Of a DNA stretch of 64,000 nt, positions 47,369 to 56,157 are shown in pieces. Made by a program: the position numbers and the translations under genes. The DNA comes from a virus. Below the pieces are notes generated by a model that was not told the origin of the DNA, did no database searches, and saw only the letters and a program-made list of their open reading frames with translations. The DNA lies in the IMG/VR virus record IMGVR_UViG_3300044638_008303, positions 28,545-92,544 of that record; one strand, written 5' to 3'. Numbering within the stretch: the first letter of the stretch is position 1; the number at the start of each line of letters is the position of its first letter.

Positions 47369-48214
47369 TTAACTACTTTTTTCAGTAGGTTCGATAGCTT
47401 TTTCTTCTAATTTTTCTACAGAAACAGTTTCTTCAATTTTAACTTCTGTTTTTACGACTTCTTCTTTTTGTACGGGTTCTTCTTTATTAACGGCTTCGAC
47501 TTCTTTTTCGGCATTTTCTTCAGAAGGCTTATTCTCTTCTAAGAATAAATCATCAAAGTATTTAAAATCAGATTCTTTATCAGCGCGACCTAAAAACCAT
47601 AAAGTAATTAAATAAGTAAATCTTCTCAAGACCCCAAGAATAAATTCATATTTTTCATAATCCTCTTCAAAAGCATCATAAAGATCTAATTTAGAATTAA
47701 AGGTTTCTCCCTCAAAAATTGGCTCATATTTATCATTAATATTTTCGTAAGAGAGGTTCAGCACCCACCATAAAATTGATTTGTTACGAGCTTTTGCTTC
47801 AGCTGTATTTTCGAAAATAGAAATTTGTGATGCTTCAAAAGTTTGAATTTCTTTTTTAATATCTTCTAATTCCTCTAGCAATTCATCAGAGCGTTTCTTT
47901 TCTTCCTCGCTTCTTTCGGTTACGTTTTTAATTAAAATCGATTGCAATTCAAAAGATTTATCTCTAAAAGTAATTAATAAATTACCATAAATTTCGCGTT
48001 CTTTATCGCTTATACTGCCACCGCCATTAGAAAGAATTGTATTCCAAGCTGCTTTTGGTAATACACCAGCTTTGGCAAATTTAGAAACCTCAACAGAATA
48101 AAATAACTCACCATCTTCTCTTAACCTACGAGTTGGTTTTAAAATGCTATATTTTTTAATATCACCGCTTTTATTTTTAGTTTCGAAGCTATATATAAAG
48201 TTATTTTTATCCAT
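47369..48214 (-). CDS. putative tail assembly chaperone (upstream)
   Basis: Synteny; coiled coil and acidic tail. Confidence 0.55.
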   Translation of the reverse strand: MDKNNFIYSFETKNKSGDIKKYSILKPTRRLREDGELFYSVEVSKFAKAGVLPKAAWNTILSNGGGSISDKEREIYGNLLITFRDKSFELQSILIKNVTERSEEEKKRSDELLEELEDIKKEIQTFEASQISIFENTAEAKARNKSILWWVLNLSYENINDKYEPIFEGETFNSKLDLYDAFEEDYEKYEFILGVLRRFTYLITLWFLGRADKESDFKYFDDLFLEENKPSEENAEKEVEAVNKEEPVQKEEVVKTEVKIEETVSVEKLEEKAIEPTEKSS

Positions 48215-48223
48215 ATTATTATA

Positions 48224-48448
48224 TTATTTTTTTGTTAGTGTAAAATCAAAACTATTTAATTGTTCTTCGATATTTCTAGAACAATTATTTCCATAATCAA
48301 GAACACGCTTTCTCAATCTTTGGAATTCTTCATCAGAAATTTTGTCTTGGGCATGTAAATCTTCTAATAAATATAAGAAATTTAAATATAATTTTTTAAT
48401 ATCCCTATGAATAAAACTTGTTACCAAATTATTTAAATCAATATTCAT
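48224..48448 (-). CDS. small hypothetical protein
   Basis: 74-aa ORF with its own GTGTAA motif and AGG-rich leader. Confidence 0.65.
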   Translation of the reverse strand: MNIDLNNLVTSFIHRDIKKLYLNFLYLLEDLHAQDKISDEEFQRLRKRVLDYGNNCSRNIEEQLNSFDFTLTKK

Positions 48449-48450
48449 AA

Positions 48451-48486
48451 CCTTTACAAAAACCTTTTACCTAAATCAACTTACAC
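48451..48486 (-). promoter_or_regulatory. GTGTAA late-promoter motif plus AGG-N4-AGG leader box
   Basis: GTGTAA-GTTGATTT-AGGTAAAAGGTTTTTGTAAAGGTT-ATG. Confidence 0.55.
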
Positions 48487-48490
48487 CAAT

Positions 48491-48523
48491 AAAAAAAAAT
48501 GGGCACCTAAAAAGATGCCCATT
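48491..48523 (-). terminator. intrinsic terminator after the tail tube gene
   Basis: AATGGGCATCT-TTTT-AGGTGCCCATT followed by a T tract. Confidence 0.85.
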
Positions 48524-48546
48524 AATTTTTAATAACTTATATTGTA

Positions 48547-49653
48547 TTATACAAACGAACCAGAAATGAAGATACCTTTTTGGTTATCTTGAGGACTACC
48601 AAGTTGAACTTCATAAGTTGCACTCATCGTTGCATTGTCTCCGATTGCCGAACTAAAGTTCTGACTGATTAATTTAGCACCTTTGAAAATGTATCTCAAG
48701 GAGGGCGCTCCATTACCATTACAATCAGGCTTCTTCATTGTGATTGTGAAATCATATGTTGAACCATCGCAGAGCAAATCAGCTAAGTTACCATCCTCTA
48801 AATCTCCAACTTCGGCATTAACTTCTAAAGTTGCGGTGACTGGGAAATCAATTTCACGAGAGAAGGCAAATTTAGAACCAAGTTTTTGAAGTGGCGTACG
48901 AGCAAGATCAAAAGAAAGCGTAAAATCTTGAACTTTAAGATTTTCTTCACTGTAACCAACTAAGCCATTAAGAGTGAAATCTATGTCTCCTGGTTGTAAA
49001 GCTGTTGCTTGGCTTGCGCTATTACTTGTTTGCGCGGTTGGTAATTTGAATTGAGCCGTAGTAATTGGTAACCCATTAACTGGATTTACTGCTGGAACGT
49101 TATCTGTACCACTTGCGTTTGCATAAACTCTTACGTTAAGAGCTTCTAAGTCTACAGAAGCAGTTGGGATTTCGCCAACTGCGGCGTTAATGCTATAAGA
49201 TGTAATAAAACCATTACCTAATGCAATAACGCCACTTTTACCAACTGGAGAAAGTGTGTCTGCACTATAGTTACTAGCATCATTGCCCTCATCGGCAATT
49301 AAAAGATAATAATTTTTTTCATCTGTAGACTTATTAAGAATACCGGAAATACAAGAAACATTATTAGAAGCACCACTAGGGGTTACTGTTAAACCTAAAA
49401 AGCTTTCATTACTACCATCAGTTACGTAATAAGAAAGACTACCATTTACTGTAGGAGCTTCGACTTCAATACGGTCGATTGCGGCCAGATTCCCAAATTG
49501 ATTAACATCTGTAAGGTTTCTGCTGAAATCTTCATCAAAAGACTGTACGCGAGTTAATTGTTTGACCGTGTTTTCACCTGTTTGCATTCCACTAGGACCA
49601 ACTTGGCTAGCATAAAGTGCTAAAACATTGTAAATGATTCTATTTCTACTCAT
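48547..49653 (-). CDS. major tail tube protein
   Basis: Own promoter and terminator; beta-rich with RVQSF..., VQDFTLSFDLARTPLQKLG and SSAIGDNATMSATY; sits between neck genes and chaperones. Confidence 0.7.
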   Translation of the reverse strand: MSRNRIIYNVLALYASQVGPSGMQTGENTVKQLTRVQSFDEDFSRNLTDVNQFGNLAAIDRIEVEAPTVNGSLSYYVTDGSNESFLGLTVTPSGASNNVSCISGILNKSTDEKNYYLLIADEGNDASNYSADTLSPVGKSGVIALGNGFITSYSINAAVGEIPTASVDLEALNVRVYANASGTDNVPAVNPVNGLPITTAQFKLPTAQTSNSASQATALQPGDIDFTLNGLVGYSEENLKVQDFTLSFDLARTPLQKLGSKFAFSREIDFPVTATLEVNAEVGDLEDGNLADLLCDGSTYDFTITMKKPDCNGNGAPSLRYIFKGAKLISQNFSSAIGDNATMSATYEVQLGSPQDNQKGIFISGSFV

Positions 49654-49662
49654 ATTAATATA

Positions 49663-49689
49663 TTACAGTATATTTTTTTTCTTAGACAC
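49663..49689 (-). promoter_or_regulatory. bipartite late promoter GTGTC-17 nt-TGTAA
   Basis: AGTGTCTAAG...CTGTAATATATTAAT-ATG; same architecture at 54958-54984. Confidence 0.6.
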
Positions 49690-49690
49690 T

Positions 49691-50539
49691 TTATTTTCTA
49701 GGATTTCTTACGTCAGATAATTCAAAATCTATAAGAGCGGCAACACATTTTTTATTAATTTTAGCATTGTCAATTTCATCAAGTTTAGACACTGTTACGC
49801 GGTCTATGTAAACAAGACTAGATTGTGGTTGATTTTTACATAAATTAATATAATTAAATGAATTACCTGTTTTTAAGTCCCCAAAATAGTTAAATGGGAA
49901 ATCATTTGAGTTTAATACCGGAAATACTTTTCTAGCACTATCACTCAATATTGAAATTAGCCCATCAAGTGAGAAGCTATTAGAAGCAAGAGCAATACAA
50001 CGAATCATTGTTTGTGTAGTATCTTCGCCACCAAAAGCAAAAGGAACGTTTTCACCCATTCGATGTTTTATAAAAATACATGGATATGGCGTATCTAAAT
50101 ACCCAAGCGCTCCAGTAACTTGTGTTACTTTTGGAGTAATATTATAAGCTTTTTCAAAAAGTAATTTTTCTTCACGTTCATCAGTATAATAAATATTATA
50201 CTCCTTAAAACTATAATTAGCTGTTACATTATTAGAATTAACTGCGTTGTTTAAAATTGCACGACCTTTATTAAAATCAATATTTAAGCCACTCGTTCCG
50301 CGCGCGAGGTAATTTCCATTAATAAAAATGCCGGATGGAATACTTGCGTTAGGAATACTACTATCATAGACCCACTGACGAAATGGCGCACTATAAATTG
50401 AATTCGTACTAAAATTTGGATCTGGAGAGCCGTAAAGTTTTCCACTATAGTTTACAAATGCTTCGCCATGAGCTAATACTTCATGGTCCAACCATAAATA
50501 AAAACTTGACATTAAATTTGTAATATAAGTAGCTTTCAT
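49691..50539 (-). CDS. putative tail terminator / completion protein
   Basis: Directly upstream of the tube; YPCIFI...PFAFGG motif. Confidence 0.55.
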   Translation of the reverse strand: MKATYITNLMSSFYLWLDHEVLAHGEAFVNYSGKLYGSPDPNFSTNSIYSAPFRQWVYDSSIPNASIPSGIFINGNYLARGTSGLNIDFNKGRAILNNAVNSNNVTANYSFKEYNIYYTDEREEKLLFEKAYNITPKVTQVTGALGYLDTPYPCIFIKHRMGENVPFAFGGEDTTQTMIRCIALASNSFSLDGLISILSDSARKVFPVLNSNDFPFNYFGDLKTGNSFNYINLCKNQPQSSLVYIDRVTVSKLDEIDNAKINKKCVAALIDFELSDVRNPRK

Positions 50540-51123
50540 TATTTAACCCCTACTCTTTTAAGAAATTTTGTATACATTTGACTAAAATATTTGACAGGTT
50601 TAAATACACGATCCGAATATTTAAATTTACTTTGTATACCCCCGCCAGAACGAGAAGTACTAAAACGCCCGTATAAATAAGCGCCCAGACCGGAAACCCC
50701 TCTTTCTATATCTAATAACCAACTTCTTCCACTTTCCCACGGCAAACTACTTATAGAAGCAAAATCATCTTTAGATGGTACATTCATTGTAAATCTAAAC
50801 TTAGAACCGCTTTTTCGTGGTAGTGATGGGCTTAACGCGATACTTCTAATTAAAAGTTTTACTGGAGCCGTTGGCTTTGAACCAGCATTGAAACCTAAAA
50901 AAGAAAATAAATTACCATAACCACCTAACGTACCAGAATTATTAGAAGAAGTTTCACCGCCATCTAATTCCTGTGTAACAGGATGAGATTCAAATTCATT
51001 TTGAAATAATATTTTTTCTTTTTGAACTTCTTTTTCCACTATATCTCTCATTAATTTTTTTACTGATTTACTGGCAAAAATTTGCTCTTCAATAATTTTT
51101 TTATTAATTCGTCCAGCCATCAC
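50539..51123 (-). CDS. putative neck / tail-completion protein
   Basis: Basic protein in the head-tail connector cluster. Confidence 0.5.
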   Translation of the reverse strand: MMAGRINKKIIEEQIFASKSVKKLMRDIVEKEVQKEKILFQNEFESHPVTQELDGGETSSNNSGTLGGYGNLFSFLGFNAGSKPTAPVKLLIRSIALSPSLPRKSGSKFRFTMNVPSKDDFASISSLPWESGRSWLLDIERGVSGLGAYLYGRFSTSRSGGGIQSKFKYSDRVFKPVKYFSQMYTKFLKRVGVK

Positions 51124-51551
51124 TCACTCTCCTTAAAAAACATTGTATAGAAATCTATATTAAAAAGTCCGTGTGGTCTATTTGTACCAAGAGCTTGGAC
51201 GGGACGACCATCAATTTCAATTTTTTCTGCATCACTAATGAAATCAACAAAATCTTTTTTAGCTTTAATGCGACAGATATTACCACGAACTTCTTCTCGA
51301 ATTTCTGGCCATCCACCCATTTTAGATGGGTCTTGCCATTGTATACGACAATCAAATTTTCCACTAACTGGAATATATGTTACTTCAATAGACTCTTGAT
51401 CATTATATAAAAAATTGTAATTAGGGTCGCTTGAAACAACTATCCGCTCTGGAGTTTTCCATGCTGTAACGGGACGTGCAAACGTATCATGCAAATTATT
51501 GAATTCATTTGCCAATGATAATTTTTCCGCATCTGAAATAAAACTTGGCAT
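51120..51551 (-). CDS. putative head-closure (stopper) protein
   Basis: Synteny and size; beta-rich C-terminus KIEIDGR...FYTMFF. Confidence 0.55.
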   Translation of the reverse strand: MPSFISDAEKLSLANEFNNLHDTFARPVTAWKTPERIVVSSDPNYNFLYNDQESIEVTYIPVSGKFDCRIQWQDPSKMGGWPEIREEVRGNICRIKAKKDFVDFISDAEKIEIDGRPVQALGTNRPHGLFNIDFYTMFFKESE

Positions 51552-51552
51552 A

Positions 51553-52086
51553 TTAATTTAGTGTTCTTTGATATTCTTGAATTATATAATGTGAAACGCC
51601 TTCGGTATCATCTCCAGCAATTTGATCGGGAATTGCATTATATTTTAAGTACATTTTTACAGTTTTATCTAATTCCGCTTTGCAGTCTTGAGCTAAACCC
51701 CTAAAGTTTTTAGATATTTCATTTTTATTAATTTTTGTAATAGTGCTATCGCCCTCTTTTAAAGTAGTCCAATCATTACCAATAGTTGCAGAACTTTTTG
51801 CCAAGTTTCTAGACTGGTTTTTTAAAAAATCGCAATCAAATATTATTTTATAAATAGCTAATTGATCATTGTTTGGTTCTGGGGTAATACCATAACCAGT
51901 AATAAGATTTTGTTGATTTTTATAGGCAACTCCAGAAAAAGATGTACCTATTAAATTATTTAGTTTCCCTAAATTAGAGTTATCTATAAACCAAGAAGTT
52001 AATCGCGCTGGAGTATAGTCTACAGGCTCACCCAAATCATAATAAACGTTGGTAACAAATTGTGTTAAATAATCTTGACAGTTCAC
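51553..52086 (-). CDS. putative head-tail adaptor protein
   Basis: Synteny; WTTLKEGDSTITKIN adaptor-like hairpin; GTG start 8 nt after GTGTAA. Confidence 0.55.
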   Translation of the reverse strand: MNCQDYLTQFVTNVYYDLGEPVDYTPARLTSWFIDNSNLGKLNNLIGTSFSGVAYKNQQNLITGYGITPEPNNDQLAIYKIIFDCDFLKNQSRNLAKSSATIGNDWTTLKEGDSTITKINKNEISKNFRGLAQDCKAELDKTVKMYLKYNAIPDQIAGDDTEGVSHYIIQEYQRTLN

Positions 52087-52094
52087 ACATTATT

Positions 52095-52100
52095 TTACAC
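52095..52100 (-). promoter_or_regulatory. GTGTAA late-promoter motif
   Basis: GTGTAA-AATAATGT-GTG start. Confidence 0.55.
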
Positions 52101-52105
52101 AAAAA

Positions 52106-52483
52106 TTAGGCGCCTTCTCTTAAGATCTTTTTAGCTTTTGCGTCTAAATCATCGACAGATCTAACTTGACCAGTGGCAACATTACTACCATATCTTGAAT
52201 TCCATTTAACGAATTCTTGAGCTAAACGATCAGTTAAAACTTTTCTATCTGGAGTTGGAACTAGTCCAATTTTATAAGCATGTGCTTGTAAATCGGTCAT
52301 ATTCATTTCAGCCAATTGGCCACGATACTCTTCCGAACTATTAGCTGTATAAATAGAAAGAGTTTCTCCCAAGATTTCATCTAAAGAAGATGGTGGTTTT
52401 TGAACTTTTTCTTCTTTTCCGTGAATTTGTAACATTTCTTTTTTGGAGGGGCGACCTCTTTTCTTTTTGTTCGTAGTATTCAT
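52106..52483 (-). CDS. AT-hook + Rho-N/HeH-like nucleic-acid-binding protein
   Basis: KKKRGRPSKK (AT-hook core) and LAEMNMTDLQAHAYKIGL...RKVLTDRL. Confidence 0.55.
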   Translation of the reverse strand: MNTTNKKKRGRPSKKEMLQIHGKEEKVQKPPSSLDEILGETLSIYTANSSEEYRGQLAEMNMTDLQAHAYKIGLVPTPDRKVLTDRLAQEFVKWNSRYGSNVATGQVRSVDDLDAKAKKILREGA

Positions 52484-52490
52484 CTTAAAT

Positions 52491-52519
52491 ATTATGTTAT
52501 TTTATATAATAATAATCTA
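52491..52519 (-). promoter_or_regulatory. sigma70-type promoter, leaderless
   Basis: TAGATT-17 nt-CATAAT, 7 nt before ATG 52483. Confidence 0.45.
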
Positions 52520-52528
52520 ATTTATTAT

Positions 52529-52557
52529 AAAAAAAGAGCCACCCTTTCGGGTGGCCC
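52529..52557 (-). terminator. intrinsic terminator after the major capsid gene
   Basis: GCCACCC-GAAA-GGGTGGC followed by TCTTTTTTT. Confidence 0.9.
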
Positions 52558-52582
52558 TTAATTTTTTAAACTATTTGTTTAA

Positions 52583-53707
52583 TTATACAATTAAACCAAC
52601 AGCTGCACGAGCGTCAACGGCTACGCGGCCTTCTTCTACATAACTGTAGAAACCAACTTTTTGGCTACGAGCCAAGAATTGATCGTCAGGAAGAACCTTG
52701 ACTTGACCACGGGTTTCGCTTTGGATTGCGACTGGGCGCAAGAAAGCGTTACGGCTAGCGTCGATACCAAGAATTAACTCGTCGGAAGCACTTGTGAAAG
52801 TTGTTCCGCCAGCTTGTCCATAGGTATTGAATTGTGTCGATCCAGCGAAGGTATCGAACAAGTCATTGTACTTACGGCCTTCGCCAAGTTCAAGCAATTC
52901 ATGAATTGTTACGCCGAAGATTTCGTTCGTACCAGCAGCACGATAGATTTCTTCACGAACGCTGTCAGGAAGAGCTACCGAGGTAGCACCACTTGTAGTA
53001 ACAGCGCCTGAGCGTGTGTTCATTGGCTGATAAGCAAATGCACGAATTTGTTCTTTGACTTCTGGGCTTACGAAGATGTCGGTCAAGCCACGGCTCTGGA
53101 GAGCTTGTGGTGTACCGCCTGTGTAAGCAGCATTGAGTCTACGGACTAAAGTCCAGAGCTTGTTCATGTCGTCGAGTTGGAAAGTTCCAGCAGTACCGAC
53201 ACGGAAAACGTGTTTGGTGCTGTTTGTGGAAGCTTCGGCCAAGAGTTTGAGAATAACAGCCCAAGCATTACGTTCTTGTTTAACAAGAATTTCATTGGCC
53301 ATACGTTCTAAACCAGCGGCTACAACGTCGAGACGGGCTCTACGAACATAACGCTTGTCCATACTAATGGCACTGTCAAGACGATAGGTATTAACCTTCA
53401 TTTCTTGCATGCCTTGAACAAAGTTAGTTGGGAGACCGCCACCTACTGTTTGTGACCAAACGCTGATGTGACCTTCGTTAAGACCATAGTATAAGTCGAG
53501 AGGAATCGAAGGAGAATCATCTTCGTCAAATTCTACGTCACGATAAATCATTGAAGCAGTACCGGCTTGTAAGAGAACTTGCTGAACAACATCACTGATG
53601 AATGCAGCAAAAGCTTCTTGAGCTTCTACAGCTACAGTTTTGTTGTCTGAAGCAAGAGCCTTGATAAGCTCGATTTGCTCAGGATTTTTGTCGAATTGAA
53701 TTTTCAT
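52583..53707 (-). CDS. major capsid protein (HK97 fold, inferred)
   Basis: 374 aa after protease/scaffold and decoration genes; high-expression codon bias; strong terminator; C-terminal KVGFYSYVEEGRVAVDARAAVGLIV. Confidence 0.8.
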   Translation of the reverse strand: MKIQFDKNPEQIELIKALASDNKTVAVEAQEAFAAFISDVVQQVLLQAGTASMIYRDVEFDEDDSPSIPLDLYYGLNEGHISVWSQTVGGGLPTNFVQGMQEMKVNTYRLDSAISMDKRYVRRARLDVVAAGLERMANEILVKQERNAWAVILKLLAEASTNSTKHVFRVGTAGTFQLDDMNKLWTLVRRLNAAYTGGTPQALQSRGLTDIFVSPEVKEQIRAFAYQPMNTRSGAVTTSGATSVALPDSVREEIYRAAGTNEIFGVTIHELLELGEGRKYNDLFDTFAGSTQFNTYGQAGGTTFTSASDELILGIDASRNAFLRPVAIQSETRGQVKVLPDDQFLARSQKVGFYSYVEEGRVAVDARAAVGLIV

Positions 53708-53732
53708 ATTTTTATATTTTCTTTCTAATTGA

Positions 53733-54269
53733 TTAGAGTTCTACCTTGAGTAAAGCATATCCTTCGTCGTTTTTAGGTCCGAGGAATTTGCCAACTGTTG
53801 CGCTGCCATAGGCAACTACTTTAAGGTCTCCATCACCAGCGTCAGAAACGGCTGCGCCGCTACCGAATCCTGGGGTGCCAACAATACCGTTAACAAGGAC
53901 AAGACCCTTCGTAAGAATGGGGCATGCTTGACCACTGATGATGACATCCATCTCAGCTGCCTTGCGTGGGTTGAAAATTAACTGTTCACCGTTCTCATCA
54001 ACTTTGCGAACATCTTTGAGCAATAATCCAACGATTGCACCTTTAGCTGCGCCAGAAGCGGCTGGGCTAACGGTCCAAGGAACGTTGAACTGTGCTGAAA
54101 GAGTATTCCCATAGGACGAGAGGTTGTCTAAAGATGAAGCATCTTTTAAATTAACCCCAACGCTATCAGCTGTAACAACAGTACCTTTATTGGCACTTAC
54201 AGCATTGACGGCGAAAAGGTTAATAACATCATGCTCATCATAATCTCTAAATGGTTTTAAATTTGCCAT
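53733..54269 (-). CDS. putative capsid decoration / cement protein
   Basis: Between scaffold and capsid genes, same codon bias; GLLLKDV and VGKFLG motifs. Confidence 0.6.
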   Translation of the reverse strand: MANLKPFRDYDEHDVINLFAVNAVSANKGTVVTADSVGVNLKDASSLDNLSSYGNTLSAQFNVPWTVSPAASGAAKGAIVGLLLKDVRKVDENGEQLIFNPRKAAEMDVIISGQACPILTKGLVLVNGIVGTPGFGSGAAVSDAGDGDLKVVAYGSATVGKFLGPKNDEGYALLKVEL

Positions 54270-54289
54270 AATATTTTATCTTTCTTTTT

Positions 54290-54949
54290 TTATTTAATTT
54301 TTACGCTGTTTTTATTGAAAGCTGCACCGATTTTTTCAACCAGTGAAACTTCTTGAGGAGAGGAAGCGTTTGGAAGGACTTCTTCCGTTACCTCTGCACT
54401 CGAAATTACTTCTTCTACAGTTTTTTCTTCGCTAGCGACGACTTCAGAAGCTTTTTCTTCTTTCATTTCTTTATCGTCTTTTTCTTCACCTTCTTTTTTG
54501 AAGGGAACAAATTTTTTCGCTGATTTCTTTTTGGCAGCTGCGAATGTAGAGAACTTCTTGTACCATTTTTCGAATTGTTCATCATTCTCAATGGCGTTTA
54601 AATCTTCTGCGATGATACTGCGATCTTCATCAGTAAGATCAAATTCTTCATCAAGCAAGGTCATACGGCGTTGGAAATTGGCTTCAATTTCTTTAGCTTT
54701 GAGATCTTCTTGAATCTTTGTGAATTCTTCTTTTACTTTTTCGCTATCAACTTTAATTGCTTCGAGATCTGTTCTCAATGTTGAAATTTGATCTTCGGCA
54801 GCTTTAAGTGCGGTTTCTTTTTCTTCAACTTTTGATTTCCATTCTTGGGCAAGTTCTGCAATACGATTCGAAATAAATTCACGAACAGCACTAGCAGCAA
54901 CTTCCTTGATGGAATCGTCCGTAATATCATCAATATTTTTTAGTTGCAT
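54290..54949 (-). CDS. predicted nested in-frame scaffold protein (219 aa, MQLKNIDD...)
   Basis: In-frame Met390, 8 nt downstream of a GTGTC-17-TGTAA promoter. Confidence 0.6.
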   Translation of the reverse strand: MQLKNIDDITDDSIKEVAASAVREFISNRIAELAQEWKSKVEEKETALKAAEDQISTLRTDLEAIKVDSEKVKEEFTKIQEDLKAKEIEANFQRRMTLLDEEFDLTDEDRSIIAEDLNAIENDEQFEKWYKKFSTFAAAKKKSAKKFVPFKKEGEEKDDKEMKEEKASEVVASEEKTVEEVISSAEVTEEVLPNASSPQEVSLVEKIGAAFNKNSVKIK

Positions 54950-56116
54950 ATTATTTTTTACATTATTATTTTCTTCTTGGACACTTTTTTTATTCATTTT
55001 AATTTCAGAAGACTCTACTTCATTTTCTTCTTCATCATCATCTTCTTGAATTTCATCATAATCTTCGCTATCACATTTGGGGCAAACTTCTGCTTCAGAA
55101 CCTTTGTACCCACATTTAGCACAAACATATTTTTCTTTTTCGGCTTTAACAGTTTCATCTGTTTGTGGTTTATCATAAGAAATGACGACCCCACTAACTT
55201 CAGCAGCTGGGGTATTAGTAAAGCCAATACCTAATGGAAGAACATTCCCCTGAAGATTTAAAAGAACGATATCTCCATCTTCTGTATAGCCATTACCACC
55301 AAATACTTTAAGGCGATCTTTTAATTCTACAATATCTTCTTCTTTCTCAATAATAGTTGCATCTGCTAAATTCTTATTACCTTTAGCTACATTAAATTCA
55401 TTGAATCCAAGTTCCCAACTTGCGCTCACAGAAAGATATTTATTAGATGACGGATCGCTACTTTCAACAAGTTCTGACGCAAAGTCTGGATTTACAATTT
55501 TCCATACATAACCAGAAAGAACAACGTTGAAAGGATCTTTCATGGCTTTAACCTCTTCTAAAGTTAAAGGCTTACTACTTCCAAATTCACTAAAACCGTA
55601 TCCGGTACAAACACCAACAACAACTTTACGATTATGTTCAATATTAAAAGGTTTATTAATAAAATTTTCAACCATTGCTAAAGCAACGTCTGTACTAATA
55701 ATGTGTCCATTTTTATTACCACGATTAACAACGAAAGCATCAAAAGCAACGCCCATTAAATCACGGTTGACATCGAGATCAACATTTTTAGGAAGATATT
55801 CTTTTAATTGGTCAACAGACGCAACTGCTAAATATTTGTCCTCGTCAGATGAAACCATCGCCTGAACTATAATCCCGTCAAAACGAATTGAATATTTAAA
55901 ATCTTTTATTGTATCCATTTGTAAATTTACACTTTGTTCTGCTAATAGGGCAACATTTTTGAGCTTACTTCCTACAATGATTTTATTGTTTTCAACTTTA
56001 TCTAACTCCATAGCGCACAAAGAGATAGGGCGCGAGAAAGAAAAAAGTAAATCGGACAAGTCAAACCCAGTTAAGGAGTCAACATTTTTTACTGGCTCAT
56101 CATCGTAAGTCGGCAT
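54290..56116 (-). CDS. prohead protease-scaffold fusion with internal zinc ribbon
   Basis: Protease-like NKNGH, KPFNIEH and SASWELGF motifs; CAKC...CPKC; acidic coiled-coil C-terminus. Confidence 0.75.
   Translation of the reverse strand: MPTYDDEPVKNVDSLTGFDLSDLLFSFSRPISLCAMELDKVENNKIIVGSKLKNVALLAEQSVNLQMDTIKDFKYSIRFDGIIVQAMVSSDEDKYLAVASVDQLKEYLPKNVDLDVNRDLMGVAFDAFVVNRGNKNGHIISTDVALAMVENFINKPFNIEHNRKVVVGVCTGYGFSEFGSSKPLTLEEVKAMKDPFNVVLSGYVWKIVNPDFASELVESSDPSSNKYLSVSASWELGFNEFNVAKGNKNLADATIIEKEEDIVELKDRLKVFGGNGYTEDGDIVLLNLQGNVLPLGIGFTNTPAAEVSGVVISYDKPQTDETVKAEKEKYVCAKCGYKGSEAEVCPKCDSEDYDEIQEDDDEEENEVESSEIKMNKKSVQEENNNVKNNMQLKNIDDITDDSIKEVAASAVREFISNRIAELAQEWKSKVEEKETALKAAEDQISTLRTDLEAIKVDSEKVKEEFTKIQEDLKAKEIEANFQRRMTLLDEEFDLTDEDRSIIAEDLNAIENDEQFEKWYKKFSTFAAAKKKSAKKFVPFKKEGEEKDDKEMKEEKASEVVASEEKTVEEVISSAEVTEEVLPNASSPQEVSLVEKIGAAFNKNSVKIK
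54958..54984 (-). promoter_or_regulatory. intragenic bipartite late promoter GTGTC-17 nt-TGTAA
   Basis: AGTGTCCAAG...ATGTAAAAAATAAT-ATG, matching the tail-tube promoter. Confidence 0.6.
55927..55932 (-). promoter_or_regulatory. intragenic GTGTAA motif before in-frame Met67 of the protease
   Basis: GTGTAA-ATTTACAA-ATG (55918). Confidence 0.5.
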
Positions 56117-56134
56117 TTTATTATTATAAATACA

Positions 56135-56140
56135 TTACAC
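56135..56140 (-). promoter_or_regulatory. GTGTAA late-promoter motif
   Basis: Intergenic, 18 nt upstream of ATG 56116. Confidence 0.5.
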
Positions 56141-56157
56141 TAATTTTTATAATTTTA

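Noticed and set aside
47340-47400. Programmed -1 frameshift joining the two tail chaperone genes (lambda G/GT type)
   Set aside because: The second ORF is in the -1 frame, but that frame has TGA and TAG stops just upstream of its GTG, and the AAAAAAG run is out of phase for tandem slippage.
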